This document shows, piece after piece, positions 17,061 through 25,919 of a stretch of DNA of 64,000 nt; positions within the stretch are counted from its first letter, which is position 1; each line of letters opens with the position of its first letter. The translations under genes were made by a program, and so were the position numbers. Below the pieces are notes generated by a model, which was given only the letters and a program-made list of their open reading frames with translations, did no database searches and was not told the DNA's origin. Source of the stretch: Gaiellaceae bacterium (GTDB lineage Bacteria > Actinomycetota > Thermoleophilia > Gaiellales > Gaiellaceae); the NCBI GenBank assembly GCA_050697735.1, contig JBOHAM010000029.1:8131-72130 (forward strand). The letters run 5' to 3'.

Positions 17061-17291
17061 CTATCCGGGTTGGCGGCGCGTGCCGGTCTCTGCTATCGCA
17101 GTCGCGCTGAGCAGCGTGAGTCCGAAGTCGGTCAAGCGCTGCAGAAGACCCTGGAGCTCCGCCTGGTCGCGCACGGGCCCCACCAGCACGGTGTTCCCTC
17201 CCTCGTGTGTCAGGCTCATCCCCTCGAACGCGGGATCGATCCGTTCGCTCAGCTCCCCTTCGAGCACGAAGCGGTACACCTGAGTCGGCAC
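17061..17291 (-). CDS. Small conserved-looking protein, unknown function
   Basis: 76 aa: MPTQVYRFVLEGELSERIDPAFEGMSLTHEGGNTVLVGPVRDQAELQGLLQRLTDFGLTLL.... G/C-rich third positions. I recall similar ...GPV.DQAAL.G.L..L..LGL.L... small proteins in actinobacterial genomes, from memory and not searched. Confidence 0.5.
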   Translation of the reverse strand: MPTQVYRFVLEGELSERIDPAFEGMSLTHEGGNTVLVGPVRDQAELQGLLQRLTDFGLTLLSATAIAETGTRRQPG

Positions 17292-17341
17292 CCCCGGAGC
17301 ATTGCGCGCTCAGCTCGGCGATCATCCGCCGAACGCGACGA

Positions 17342-19612
17342 TCACCTAGGTGATTTCGTTTCCCCGAGGAGGCCCACGGCGGTGGCCCGCGCAACGGCTT
17401 CCGCACGGGAGTTGACGCCGAGCTTCCGGTAGATCGCGCGGGTGTGCGAGCGAATCGTGTTGGGCGAGAGGAACAGCTCGCCTGCGATCTGTCGAGCGGA
17501 GAGGTCGGTTGCCAAGAGCCGCAGGACCGCGACCTCGGCCTCGCTAGGCAACTCGAGCACCTCGCCGCCCGCGGCACGCGACTTTGCCTGCTCGAGCGTG
17601 ACCTGCACCTCGGCGGCGAGCGCCGGCACCCGTCCACCGTCCACGAGGTCGGCGAGCTCGTCCCGGGCTGCGCGGAGCGTCGCCGCCGCCTCGTCCAGCC
17701 GGCCCCGGCGACAGCGGACTCGCGCGAGCACGACGAGGAGCCAGGCGTGGTGCACGGTGGCGACCTCGTCGCGGAAGAAGTGCTCCGCATACGCGAGCTC
17801 ACGCTCGGCTTCGGCGAGGCTGCCCTCGGCTGCGAGCACGGCGCCGAGAGCCGCGGATGCGTTCGCACCGAGCCAGCTCCGGCTGCTGCCGGCTCGGCCC
17901 ACGATCGACTTAGCCTTCTCGGCGTGGGTTCGAGCGGCGCCCAGCCGCTCCCTGTCGACCGCCACCAGCGCCAGCGTGGATCGGGCCAGCGTATGGCCCG
18001 GCGGTCGTCGCTCGGCGGCCGGATGCTCGACGGCCTGCAGGGCCGCGGCCCAGGCATCGTCGAGCTCGCCCGCGAAGTAGAGAGCACGTGCCAGGCCGCC
18101 GAGGGCCGCGACGAGGACGTCGTCTGCCTCCGCCTGTGCGAGCGCGACCGCGCGCCGGCCCTCGGCGACGGCTCGGCCGACGTCGCCGTCGACCGACGCG
18201 GCGCGCAACATCGCATCGACCGCCTGCACGTACGGGCCGAAGAGCTCCGGCCGCTCCGACCGCGCGCGATCCGCGAGTCCGAGGAGACGGCGCTGCTCGA
18301 GCGTGGACCGACCGATCATCGCGGCGGCCGTCGCAGCAGCGACGGCGAGCACTGGATACTCGACGACCTTGTCGTCGGGAAGCGTTCGCACCCAGTGGAG
18401 CAGCGTGCGGGCGCCGCCGCTCCGGAGCAGGGACAGGTGATGCTCGACGAGCAGCTTGCCGACAAGGTCGTGGTCGCCGGCGGCAGCCGCATGCTCTGCC
18501 GCTTCCACGGGAAGGTCGTGTGACCTGAGCCACTTCGCGGCGCGGTTATGGATCGCCGGCGTCGCATCGACGTCCAGGGCCGCGAGCTGAGAGCGCCCGA
18601 ACTCGGCGAACAGGGGGTGGACACGGAACCAGCCTCCGTGCTCGAGACGAGTGACGAACAGATTGGAGTGCTCGAGCTCCGCCAGGATCGACGCGGAGTC
18701 GGAGCGTCCGAGCACCGCGTCGCAGAGCTCGGGAGTGAACCGGCCCAGGACGGACGCCCGAAGAAGGAACGAGCGAACGTCGTCATCGAGCGATGCGAGC
18801 ACCTCGTGGCTCAGGTAGTCGGCTACGAAATGGTGGCTTCCGCCGAAGTCCCGCACGAGCCGGCGCGGGTCGGCCACCCGGCGAAGCCAGATCGACGCGA
18901 GCACCAGCGCGGCGGGCCACCCTTCGGTCCGCTCGTGCAGGAGCTCGACCTCCTCGACCGCGAGGTCGACGCCCTCGCGGTCGACCACGAGCTCGTAGGC
19001 CTCCCGGGCGGTGAACGCGAGCTCGTCCGCGCGCAGCTCCGCAAGCGCATCCTGGCCGCGCAGCCGCGCGAGCCTGAGCGCCGGATCAACTCGCGAGATC
19101 AGAATCAGGCGTGCCGTCGCCGGTAGGCGTCCGAGCGCGTAGTCGATGGACGCAAGACATTCGTCGGCCGTCACGGTCTGAAGGTCGTCGAGCACGACCA
19201 CGAGCTCCGTGCCGAGGGCCGTGAGCGCGTTCATCAGCTCGTCGACGGCGGGCGCGACGGCGCCCCCGGTCCCGCGCAGCAGCTGCAGGGCCCTGCGCCC
19301 GAGACCTTCGCGCACACGGTCGACGGCCGCTGCCACGTACGTCCAGAGCCGCACCGGATCGTTGTCCCCGGCGTCGAGGGTGACCCAGGCGAGCGGCGCC
19401 GGGCGACTCGCACACCACGCGCGTACCGCCGTCGACTTGCCGTAGCCCGCCGGCGCCGCGACGAGGGTGAGTGCCGTTTCCGCACTCTCGTCCAGCGCCA
19501 GGAAGAGACGCTGCCGATCGATGATCCCGGCGCGCTGCTGCGGCGCCGCGAGCTTCGCTTCCGCGAGCGGCGGAGTCGCAGCGACGTCACGTGAGCGAGG
19601 GCGCGTAGCCAC
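17342..19612 (-). CDS. MalT-like large LuxR-family regulator (NTPase + helical repeats + LuxR HTH)
   Basis: Walker A VAAPAGYGKST. C-terminal HTH VLRLLATDLSARQIAGELFLSPNTIRSHTRAIYRKLGV. 756 aa. Confidence 0.85.
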   Translation of the reverse strand: MATRPRSRDVAATPPLAEAKLAAPQQRAGIIDRQRLFLALDESAETALTLVAAPAGYGKSTAVRAWCASRPAPLAWVTLDAGDNDPVRLWTYVAAAVDRVREGLGRRALQLLRGTGGAVAPAVDELMNALTALGTELVVVLDDLQTVTADECLASIDYALGRLPATARLILISRVDPALRLARLRGQDALAELRADELAFTAREAYELVVDREGVDLAVEEVELLHERTEGWPAALVLASIWLRRVADPRRLVRDFGGSHHFVADYLSHEVLASLDDDVRSFLLRASVLGRFTPELCDAVLGRSDSASILAELEHSNLFVTRLEHGGWFRVHPLFAEFGRSQLAALDVDATPAIHNRAAKWLRSHDLPVEAAEHAAAAGDHDLVGKLLVEHHLSLLRSGGARTLLHWVRTLPDDKVVEYPVLAVAAATAAAMIGRSTLEQRRLLGLADRARSERPELFGPYVQAVDAMLRAASVDGDVGRAVAEGRRAVALAQAEADDVLVAALGGLARALYFAGELDDAWAAALQAVEHPAAERRPPGHTLARSTLALVAVDRERLGAARTHAEKAKSIVGRAGSSRSWLGANASAALGAVLAAEGSLAEAERELAYAEHFFRDEVATVHHAWLLVVLARVRCRRGRLDEAAATLRAARDELADLVDGGRVPALAAEVQVTLEQAKSRAAGGEVLELPSEAEVAVLRLLATDLSARQIAGELFLSPNTIRSHTRAIYRKLGVNSRAEAVARATAVGLLGETKSPR

Positions 19613-19761
19613 GGCGAAATCTTCTCAGATCGAAGTGCTTGCGCCCCTACACCGCGGTGAGACCCGGATCGCTGGCCAGCCTGATCGCAGGCCGAGTCGT
19701 GCAAGGGGCCGTGGCGGCGCTCGGACCCCGGTGACTTGCAGGTTGGGCCGAACCCTGGTCG

Positions 19762-19962
19762 TCAGTCGGACTTCGGGCTAACGAGGACGATCTGCTCGTA
19801 GCGCACAAAAAGCTCTCTGCCGGCCTTCTGGAGCGGGACCCACTCGCCCGCGTAGCGACCCTCGCGCTCGAGGAAGAGCTCGAGCTCCCGTTCGACGGAA
19901 TTCCCTTTCTCGATCGGGATCGAGAAGTTCTGTCCGTTCGCCAAGGTCACTTCCAGGAACAT
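19762..19962 (-). CDS. Small hypothetical protein (66 aa)
   Basis: ATG 19962 with GGAGG about 11 nt upstream. MFLEVTLANGQNFSIPIEKGNSVERELELFLEREGRYAGEWVPLQKAGRELFVRYEQIVLVSPKSD. The longer track N-terminus (to 20067) overlaps the zinc-ribbon frame and looks non-coding. Confidence 0.45.
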   Translation of the reverse strand: MFLEVTLANGQNFSIPIEKGNSVERELELFLEREGRYAGEWVPLQKAGRELFVRYEQIVLVSPKSD

Positions 19963-20156
19963 GGTTCCGAGGGCCTCCGAACCTCTTGTTGGTCTGGGCG
20001 TGCGCCCTCGCCCGAGGTCAGCCGGACGTCGGGTGCCTGCCACGCACTCGAGCGACACATCGGACACGCCGGCGGGTCACCGGCGACCATGATCCCGTAG
20101 CCGCATTCGCTGCAGCGGAGCTCGGCAGTGTCGCTCGGAGACTCGGCCGCGATCAC
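19947..20156 (-). CDS. Small zinc-ribbon protein (CxxC-x12-CxxC), 69 aa
   Basis: Part of track ORF 19947..20546. GTG 20156 overlaps the cold-shock gene stop (ccGTGAtc). Product: V(M)IAAESPSDTAELRCSECGYGIMVAGDPPACPMCRSSAWQAPDV.... Third positions are mostly G/C through the ribbon. Confidence 0.45.
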   Translation of the reverse strand: MIAAESPSDTAELRCSECGYGIMVAGDPPACPMCRSSAWQAPDVRLTSGEGARPDQQEVRRPSEPCSWK

Positions 20157-20377
20157 GGCTTCCCGTTCGGTGGAGACGCGACGACGCCGATGGCCTCGCG
20201 GCCCATGCCGCCGTCGCGGCACTCGAACTCGACCCTCTCGCCCGCCGTTGCGAGCACGCTTTCGTCGAGGCTCGCTCGGAACACGAAGACGTTGTCTCCA
20301 CCCCCGTCGGGCTCGATGAGCCCGAATCCGCTCGCCCTGTTGAACCACTTGACGGCTCCGCTCGCCACGACGATCAC
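20153..20377 (-). CDS. Cold-shock domain protein (divergent CspA-like)
   Basis: GAVKWFNRASGFGLIEPDGGGDNVFVFRASL contains the RNP1-like KWFN..GFGLI and RNP2-like VFVF motifs. 74 aa. Confidence 0.8.
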   Translation of the reverse strand: MIVVASGAVKWFNRASGFGLIEPDGGGDNVFVFRASLDESVLATAGERVEFECRDGGMGREAIGVVASPPNGKP

Positions 20378-20395
20378 CCTTTCGCGTCCCGGTGA

Positions 20396-20421
20396 GGCAG
20401 GCCCGGACCGCCGGGCCTGCC
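20396..20421 (-). terminator. Perfect 11-bp GC hairpin between the ABM-like gene stop and the csp start (terminator and/or csp 5'-UTR structure)
   Basis: ggcaggcccgg-accg-ccgggcctgcc. It starts 19 nt after the stop at 20441 and ends 18 nt before the csp ATG at 20377. Confidence 0.55.
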
Positions 20422-20440
20422 CTCTCCAGGCTCGTCGTGC

Positions 20441-20776
20441 TTAGACGGCGGCGAGAACGCCGTTCGTCTTCTGCGCGATCACCTTGCCGAAGGTGGTCTT
20501 CGGCGGATTGGGGAGCGCCCCCTCGAGCTGCTCGTCGCGGATCCAAGTGGCCGCGAGACGGGTCGACTCGTCGGCGTGCTCCTCGGAGTCGAAGAGGCTG
20601 ATCGAGGTCATCACGCCACGTTCCGCGTCGACCAGGTAGTAGCCGCTGAAGCCCGGCAGCTTGCTCAGGCGAGGGATCAGCGCCTCGTTGACCTTCTTCG
20701 TGAGCTCGTCCCTGCGAGCCTCATCGACACCCTCGTAGCGTCTGACGATTGCATGCATGTGCTTCTCCTCACTCAT
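20441..20776 (-). CDS. ABM/Dabb-fold (antibiotic biosynthesis monooxygenase-like) small protein
   Basis: Start set at ATG 20776 (MSEEKHMHAIVRRYEGVD...). The pattern ...GFSGYYLVDAERGVMTSISLFDSEEHADES is typical of ABM-like ferredoxin-fold proteins. Confidence 0.6.
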   Translation of the reverse strand: MSEEKHMHAIVRRYEGVDEARRDELTKKVNEALIPRLSKLPGFSGYYLVDAERGVMTSISLFDSEEHADESTRLAATWIRDEQLEGALPNPPKTTFGKVIAQKTNGVLAAV

Positions 20777-20887
20777 GTAGTGAAAGCTCGGAATCGAGCT
20801 CTCGTTGAAGCACGTAGACCAGAGGTGACAGTCGGAGAGGAACCTCGGAGCCTCAGCGGCTTCCGCGTCCAAGCCTCCGTGCAGGAC

Positions 20888-22003
20888 TCACCGTAGCAGG
20901 CGCGGCGACGGGTCAGAGGCCGGACGGCTGACCCTCTCCTGGAGGAGGGAGCGCCTAACCTCCCGCGGGCCGCCGTCTAGTTCGGCGGATCGAGGGTTCG
21001 AATCACTCCCCTCGTCCCACCAATCCGGGATACCGCCGCCTTCGGGCAGCACGTCGGCGCGGCCGGTCCCGTCGGGGCGGACCACGTAGAGCGAGGAGCC
21101 CGAGACCAACAGGTACTCGCCGCCGGGGGACCACGCCACGAACTGCCCGTACTCGGGAGTGACGCGACGCTGGTTCGAGCCGTCCGCGTCCATGAGCCAG
21201 ACGTCACGGTGCTCGCCGGGCTCGCCCCCGGGGTCGATCCAGCAGGGAGCCGGGGTCGGAGTGTGGAGGCAGTCGTCTCGCTCCGACGTGAAGGCGATGC
21301 TGCTCCCGTCCGGCGACCACACCGGCCAGCCGTCCGAGGCGGGCGCGTCCGTGAGAGTCGTGGCCTCGCCGGTCGCAACGTCCGCGACGTAGATCTCGTA
21401 GTCGGCGCCGTCGTGCCCCATGAAGACGATGCTGCCGCCGTCGGGCGAGAACGAGGGGTACTCGAGCCACACGTCGGCGTCGATCCGACGGAGTCCGGAT
21501 CCGTCCGGCGACACCAGATAGCCGCTCATGGGAGCGCCGTCGCGATCGGAGTTGAAGACGATGGTCCGTCCGTCCGGCGACCAGTCCGGCCCCCAGTCGT
21601 TGGCCGGGTCGCGCGTGAGGTTGCGTGCTCCGGAGCCGTCCGCTCTAGCCACGTAGACCTCGTCGTTCTCGTTGATCCCCCGCCGCGAGTCCCGGTAGAC
21701 GATCCGGCGGCCGTCGGGAGACCACGCGCCGTCGAACTCGGGCCCGGGCCGGTCTGCGAGCGGACGGACGCCGGTGCCGTCGGCGTCCATCACGAAGACG
21801 TCCTCGAAGTCGTCGAAGACGATCCTCCCCTCGAGGCCGGCCACGTCGATCGGCCCGCCCTCGAGCACTGGGCGACTGCCGTCCTGCTCGCGCTCCGCCG
21901 CGGGATCGGGGCGCCCGCCCTCCGTGTTCTCACCCGACGCCGAGCACGCCGTCGCGCCCGCAAGTCCAAGCGCCACGAGCGCGCCGGCGACCAGCCACCT
22001 CAT
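20888..22003 (-). CDS. TolB-like beta-propeller lipoprotein (PD40/WD40-like repeats)
   Basis: Start ATG 22003. Lipobox-like MRWLVAGALVALGLAGATAC. At least five WSPDG / FSPDG repeats. The upstream part of track ORF 20888..22531 is rejected. Confidence 0.8.
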   Translation of the reverse strand: MRWLVAGALVALGLAGATACSASGENTEGGRPDPAAEREQDGSRPVLEGGPIDVAGLEGRIVFDDFEDVFVMDADGTGVRPLADRPGPEFDGAWSPDGRRIVYRDSRRGINENDEVYVARADGSGARNLTRDPANDWGPDWSPDGRTIVFNSDRDGAPMSGYLVSPDGSGLRRIDADVWLEYPSFSPDGGSIVFMGHDGADYEIYVADVATGEATTLTDAPASDGWPVWSPDGSSIAFTSERDDCLHTPTPAPCWIDPGGEPGEHRDVWLMDADGSNQRRVTPEYGQFVAWSPGGEYLLVSGSSLYVVRPDGTGRADVLPEGGGIPDWWDEGSDSNPRSAELDGGPREVRRSLLQERVSRPASDPSPRLLR

Positions 22004-22139
22004 CGACTCTCGTACACCCCGGCTCACCGATGGGTTCCGGGCCACGACTTTCGGCAACAGGTGTGTTAGCGTTCCACGTCCTGCGCCGGGGGGCTTGGGT
22101 GCGCAGGGGTCTGTAGCAAATCGACACGGGGGAACATCC

Positions 22140-24461
22140 ATGAGGAAATCGCTGTACGCGCTGGCAGCCGCGTGCGCGGTCGCCGTTGCGGCCGTGCCGA
22201 GCGCGCTCGCCGCTCCGGACCCGGGGAAGGCCTGGGGAATGGACGCAGCCGGCGCGCACGATCTGCCGAACCCGCTCGCCGACAAGCAGCGGGCCCTGCG
22301 GGCCAAAGGCCTGCAGATGCAGATCGAGGGGAGGATCCCGGAGAACGCGAGCGTCGCCAGGGTGGCGGACGACCAGTTCGTCGAGCTCGAGCGCGAAGGG
22401 GAAGACTCGATCTGGACCGTGATCGGCGAGTTCGGCGCCGGCGTCGCGACCCACTCGCACGGGACACACGCGGGCCCGGCGGGCCCGCTGCACAACGAGA
22501 TCGCCGAGCCGGACCGGAGCGTCGACAACACGACGATCTGGAAGGAGGACTTCTCCGAGGCGCACTACGAGGAGCTCCTCTTCTCGGAGGAGCCCGGCGC
22601 CGTCTCGATGCGGAACTACTACATCGAGCAGTCGTCCAACCGCTACGCGGTCAACGGCGACGTGACCGACTGGGTGCAGGTGCCGAACAACGCCGCGAGC
22701 TACGGCTCGAACTACTGCGGCGGCATCGTGTGCCAGGACACGTGGTTCTTCGTCCAGGACTCCGTCGACGCCTGGTACCAGAACCAGATCGCGGCCGGCA
22801 AGACCCCGGCCGAGATCGAGGAGTCGCTCTCCCGCTTCGACGTCTGGGACCGCTACGACCACGACGGGGACGGCGACTTCGACGAGGCTGACGGGTACAT
22901 CGACCACTTCCAGAGCGTCCACGCCGGCATGGGCGAAGAGACCGACGGCGGCGCCCAGGGCTCCGACGCCATCTGGTCGCACCGCTGGTACGTCCAGCTG
23001 ACTCCGATCGGCGCCGGCGGCCCGACGCTCGACGACGGGACGCAGGTGCCGTTCGGCGGCACGCAGATCGGCGATTCGAAGTACTGGATCGGCGACTACA
23101 CGATCGAGCCGGAGAACGGCGGCGTCGGCGTCTTCGCACACGAGTTCGCCCACGACCTCGACATCCCGGATCTCTACGACACGTCCGGCAACACCGGCGG
23201 CGCGGAGAACTCGACCGCCTTCTGGACGCTCATGTCGAGCGGCTCGTACGGCTCGAGCGGCGAGCCCGAGGACGGGATCGGCTCGGCGCCGATGCACCTG
23301 GGGAACTGGGAGAAGTTCCAGCTCGGCTGGCTGAACTACGACGTCGCCGAGGCCGGCAAGCGGTCCTGGCACACACTCGGGCCCGCCGAGTACAACTCGA
23401 CGAACGCGCAGGGCCTCTTCGTGCTCCTGCCCGACAAGCAGGTCACGGTCGAGCTCGGGGAGCCGTACGAGGGCGAGCGCTACTACTACTCGGAGAGCGG
23501 CGACAACCTCGACAACTTCATGACGAAGACGGTCACCCTGCCGGCGGGTGCGAACCTGACGGCGAAGGCCCGCTACGACATCGAGATCGACTGGGACTAC
23601 GCCTACGTCGTCGTCTCGACGGACGGCGGGAGCACGTGGACCGGCGTCGAGACCAACCTCTCGACCGACGAGAACCCGAACGGCCAGAACTTCGGCAACG
23701 GGATCACCGGCGACTCGGGCGGCCAGTGGGTCGACCTGACCGCCGACCTCAGCGGCTACACCGGCGACGTCCTGCTCGGCTTCCGCTACTGGACCGACGG
23801 GGCGACCGTCGAGCCCGGCTTCCAGGTCGACGCGATCTCGATCGCGGGCGGCCCGATCGACGGGGCGGAGACGGACGCGGGCTGGACGTTCGACGGGTTC
23901 CGGACCACCACCGGGACCGAGACGACGCCGTTCTTCAACGCGTACGTCGCGGAGAACCGTCAGTACATCGGCTACGACGACAGCCTCAGGACCAGCCCGT
24001 ACAACTTCGGCTTCCTGAGCACGAGGCCCGACTGGGTGGAGCACTTCTCGTACCAGGACGGGCTGCTCGTCAGCTACTGGGACAGCTCGTACACCGACAA
24101 CAGCGTCGGCGACCATCCCGGCGCCGGCCTGATCCTGCCGGTGGACGCGCATCCGGAGATCGAGTACTGGTCGGACGGCACGATGATGCGTCCGCGCCTC
24201 CAGTCGTACGACTCGACCTTCGGCGTCCACCGGACGGAGTCGTACACGCTGCACAACGACGGCGTGCCGACGACGATCGAGTCCAAGCCGGCCGTTCGCG
24301 TGTTCGACGACCGCAAGTCGTACTGGACCGGCGGCTCCGCTCCCGGCCACTACCAGCCGGGTTGGAGCAGCGTCCAGGTGCCGAACACCGGCACGCAGAT
24401 CCGCGTGAAGAGCTTGAAGCGAAGCGGCATCGCGCGGATCCAGGTGCGTCCCGTCGACTAA
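22140..24461 (+). CDS. Secreted immune inhibitor A-like M6 metallopeptidase
   Basis: Start ATG 22140 after GGGGGAA. Signal peptide MRKSLYALAAACAVAVAAVPSALA. Zinc motif VFAHEFAHDLDIPDLYD. Overall InhA-like layout, 773 aa. Confidence 0.88.
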   Translation: MRKSLYALAAACAVAVAAVPSALAAPDPGKAWGMDAAGAHDLPNPLADKQRALRAKGLQMQIEGRIPENASVARVADDQFVELEREGEDSIWTVIGEFGAGVATHSHGTHAGPAGPLHNEIAEPDRSVDNTTIWKEDFSEAHYEELLFSEEPGAVSMRNYYIEQSSNRYAVNGDVTDWVQVPNNAASYGSNYCGGIVCQDTWFFVQDSVDAWYQNQIAAGKTPAEIEESLSRFDVWDRYDHDGDGDFDEADGYIDHFQSVHAGMGEETDGGAQGSDAIWSHRWYVQLTPIGAGGPTLDDGTQVPFGGTQIGDSKYWIGDYTIEPENGGVGVFAHEFAHDLDIPDLYDTSGNTGGAENSTAFWTLMSSGSYGSSGEPEDGIGSAPMHLGNWEKFQLGWLNYDVAEAGKRSWHTLGPAEYNSTNAQGLFVLLPDKQVTVELGEPYEGERYYYSESGDNLDNFMTKTVTLPAGANLTAKARYDIEIDWDYAYVVVSTDGGSTWTGVETNLSTDENPNGQNFGNGITGDSGGQWVDLTADLSGYTGDVLLGFRYWTDGATVEPGFQVDAISIAGGPIDGAETDAGWTFDGFRTTTGTETTPFFNAYVAENRQYIGYDDSLRTSPYNFGFLSTRPDWVEHFSYQDGLLVSYWDSSYTDNSVGDHPGAGLILPVDAHPEIEYWSDGTMMRPRLQSYDSTFGVHRTESYTLHNDGVPTTIESKPAVRVFDDRKSYWTGGSAPGHYQPGWSSVQVPNTGTQIRVKSLKRSGIARIQVRPVD

Positions 24462-24486
24462 CGGGAAACCGCTTCACGCAGCAAGC

Positions 24487-24512
24487 GACGGGCCCGCTTC
24501 GGCGGGCCCGTC
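24487..24512 (+). terminator. Intrinsic-terminator-like hairpin after the M6 peptidase gene
   Basis: Perfect 11-bp stem gacgggcccgc-ttcg-gcgggcccgtc, 26 nt after the stop. TTCG tetraloop. No U-tract. Confidence 0.7.
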
Positions 24513-24557
24513 GTCTGCCGCCTAAGGCGCAAGTCTGAGATGCTCTTCCGGTGAGCG

Positions 24558-25298
24558 ATGGCTAGGGGTTCGCGGCAACCGGAGACGGACCCGCAAGGAG
24601 TTCGGGGGACAGGACGAGAAGAAGGCGTAGCGGACTTGCCTCCCGGGATCGAGGTCCTGCCCGACGCGGAGGCGGTCGCCGAGCGAGGGGCCGACTACGT
24701 GGCCGAGCAGGCACGCGCGGCGATCGCCGACCACGGCCGCTTCACCTTCGCGGTCAGCGGCGGACGTACCCCGTGGGCAATGTTCGCCCACCTCACGGGC
24801 AAGATGCCCTGGGAGAAGGTGACGATCTACCAGGTCGACGAGCGCGTCGCGCCGGACGACGATCCCGATCGCAACCTCACGCACCTGCGCAGGTCCCTTC
24901 CGCCCGGAGGCGCCGCGGACGTTCGCTCCATGCCGGTCGGCGCGCACGACCTCGACGCAGCGGCGAGCGACTACGCCGCCTCGCTCCCCGCCGCGCTCGA
25001 CCTGGTCCACCTCGGCCTGGGCGCCGACGGCCACACGGCGTCGCTCGTGCCCGATGATCCGGTGCTCCAGGTGACCGATCGTTCCGTCGCCATCACCGGC
25101 ATCTACCAGGGCCGCCGCCGCATGACGCTGACCTACTCCGCGCTCGACGGGGCGCGACACGTGCTCTGGCTCGTCACGGGGGAGGACAAGGTCGACGCTC
25201 TCCGGCGCCTACGGGCCGGCGACCGCTCGATTCCGGCCGGCCGCGTCGCCGCGGCGAACGCCTTGATCATCGCCGACGCCGCGGCGGCGGGCGGCTGA
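24558..25298 (+). CDS. pgl: 6-phosphogluconolactonase
   Basis: FAVSGGRTP and LGLGADGHTASL motifs. The first ~25 residues of the track ORF may not be translated; TTG 24636 is an alternative start. Confidence 0.82.
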   Translation: MARGSRQPETDPQGVRGTGREEGVADLPPGIEVLPDAEAVAERGADYVAEQARAAIADHGRFTFAVSGGRTPWAMFAHLTGKMPWEKVTIYQVDERVAPDDDPDRNLTHLRRSLPPGGAADVRSMPVGAHDLDAAASDYAASLPAALDLVHLGLGADGHTASLVPDDPVLQVTDRSVAITGIYQGRRRMTLTYSALDGARHVLWLVTGEDKVDALRRLRAGDRSIPAGRVAAANALIIADAAAAGG

Positions 25299-25339
25299 GT
25301 TCAGGGTCGCTCGTCGCTCGCGCTCACAAGGAGCGGGAG

Positions 25340-25906
25340 CTAGGCCTGACCCTCTCCCGGCCGCTGGACCGCCGGCGCGGGGGTCCGCGGCCAGAGGGCG
25401 TAGCTGAACGAGATCGCGAAGTCGATGGCGAGCACGAGCGTCCAGAGCGCCGCGACGTTGAGCAACGCCATGGTGCGATCGAGGTCGCCGACGGCCAGCA
25501 CGCCGATCCCGAGGAGCGCCGTGCCCGTCGCCCACGCGACCAGGTGGCGGAGCCACTCCCGCCGCTGTCGGGCGGCGTGCTCGCGACCGGTGCGCGGAGG
25601 GCGCTCGGGGGCCGGCCCACCGGCGAAGCGGTGCGCAAAGCGGGCGTCGGCCCAGCCGATGATCCGCTGGCCCCACGCGACCGAGACGCCGATGTACGCG
25701 GCGGCGAGCGCATGCGGCAGGGCCGCCTCGCCGCCTCGGCGCAGGTCGACGGTGGTGACCGCGAGCAGGGCGAGATCGACCAGCGGCGTCGCGAGCAGCA
25801 GGGCGATGCCCAGCCGCTCGCGCCGGAACACGTACCGCGTCGCGAGGCCGGCGACGAGGAGCAGCCAGAAGGCGGCCTCTGCAGCGACGATGAGAGCGAT
25901 CAGCAC
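25340..25906 (-). CDS. Integral membrane protein, unknown function
   Basis: 188 aa with about 5 TM helices and strong G/C at third positions. Same strand as the small membrane gene next to tetR. Confidence 0.55.
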   Translation of the reverse strand: MLIALIVAAEAAFWLLLVAGLATRYVFRRERLGIALLLATPLVDLALLAVTTVDLRRGGEAALPHALAAAYIGVSVAWGQRIIGWADARFAHRFAGGPAPERPPRTGREHAARQRREWLRHLVAWATGTALLGIGVLAVGDLDRTMALLNVAALWTLVLAIDFAISFSYALWPRTPAPAVQRPGEGQA

Positions 25907-25919
25907 GACTTACCTCCTT

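Noticed and set aside
15269-20377. Possible anti-phage defence island (PLD-family enzyme + STAND-like NTPase + small proteins)
   Set aside because: The NTPase carries a canonical C-terminal LuxR HTH (MalT-like regulator). The PLD enzyme looks cardiolipin-synthase-like and is accompanied by a PLDc_N membrane domain gene. There are no flanking mobile-element, restriction or other defence hallmarks. I keep it only as an alternative under the split-PLD finding.
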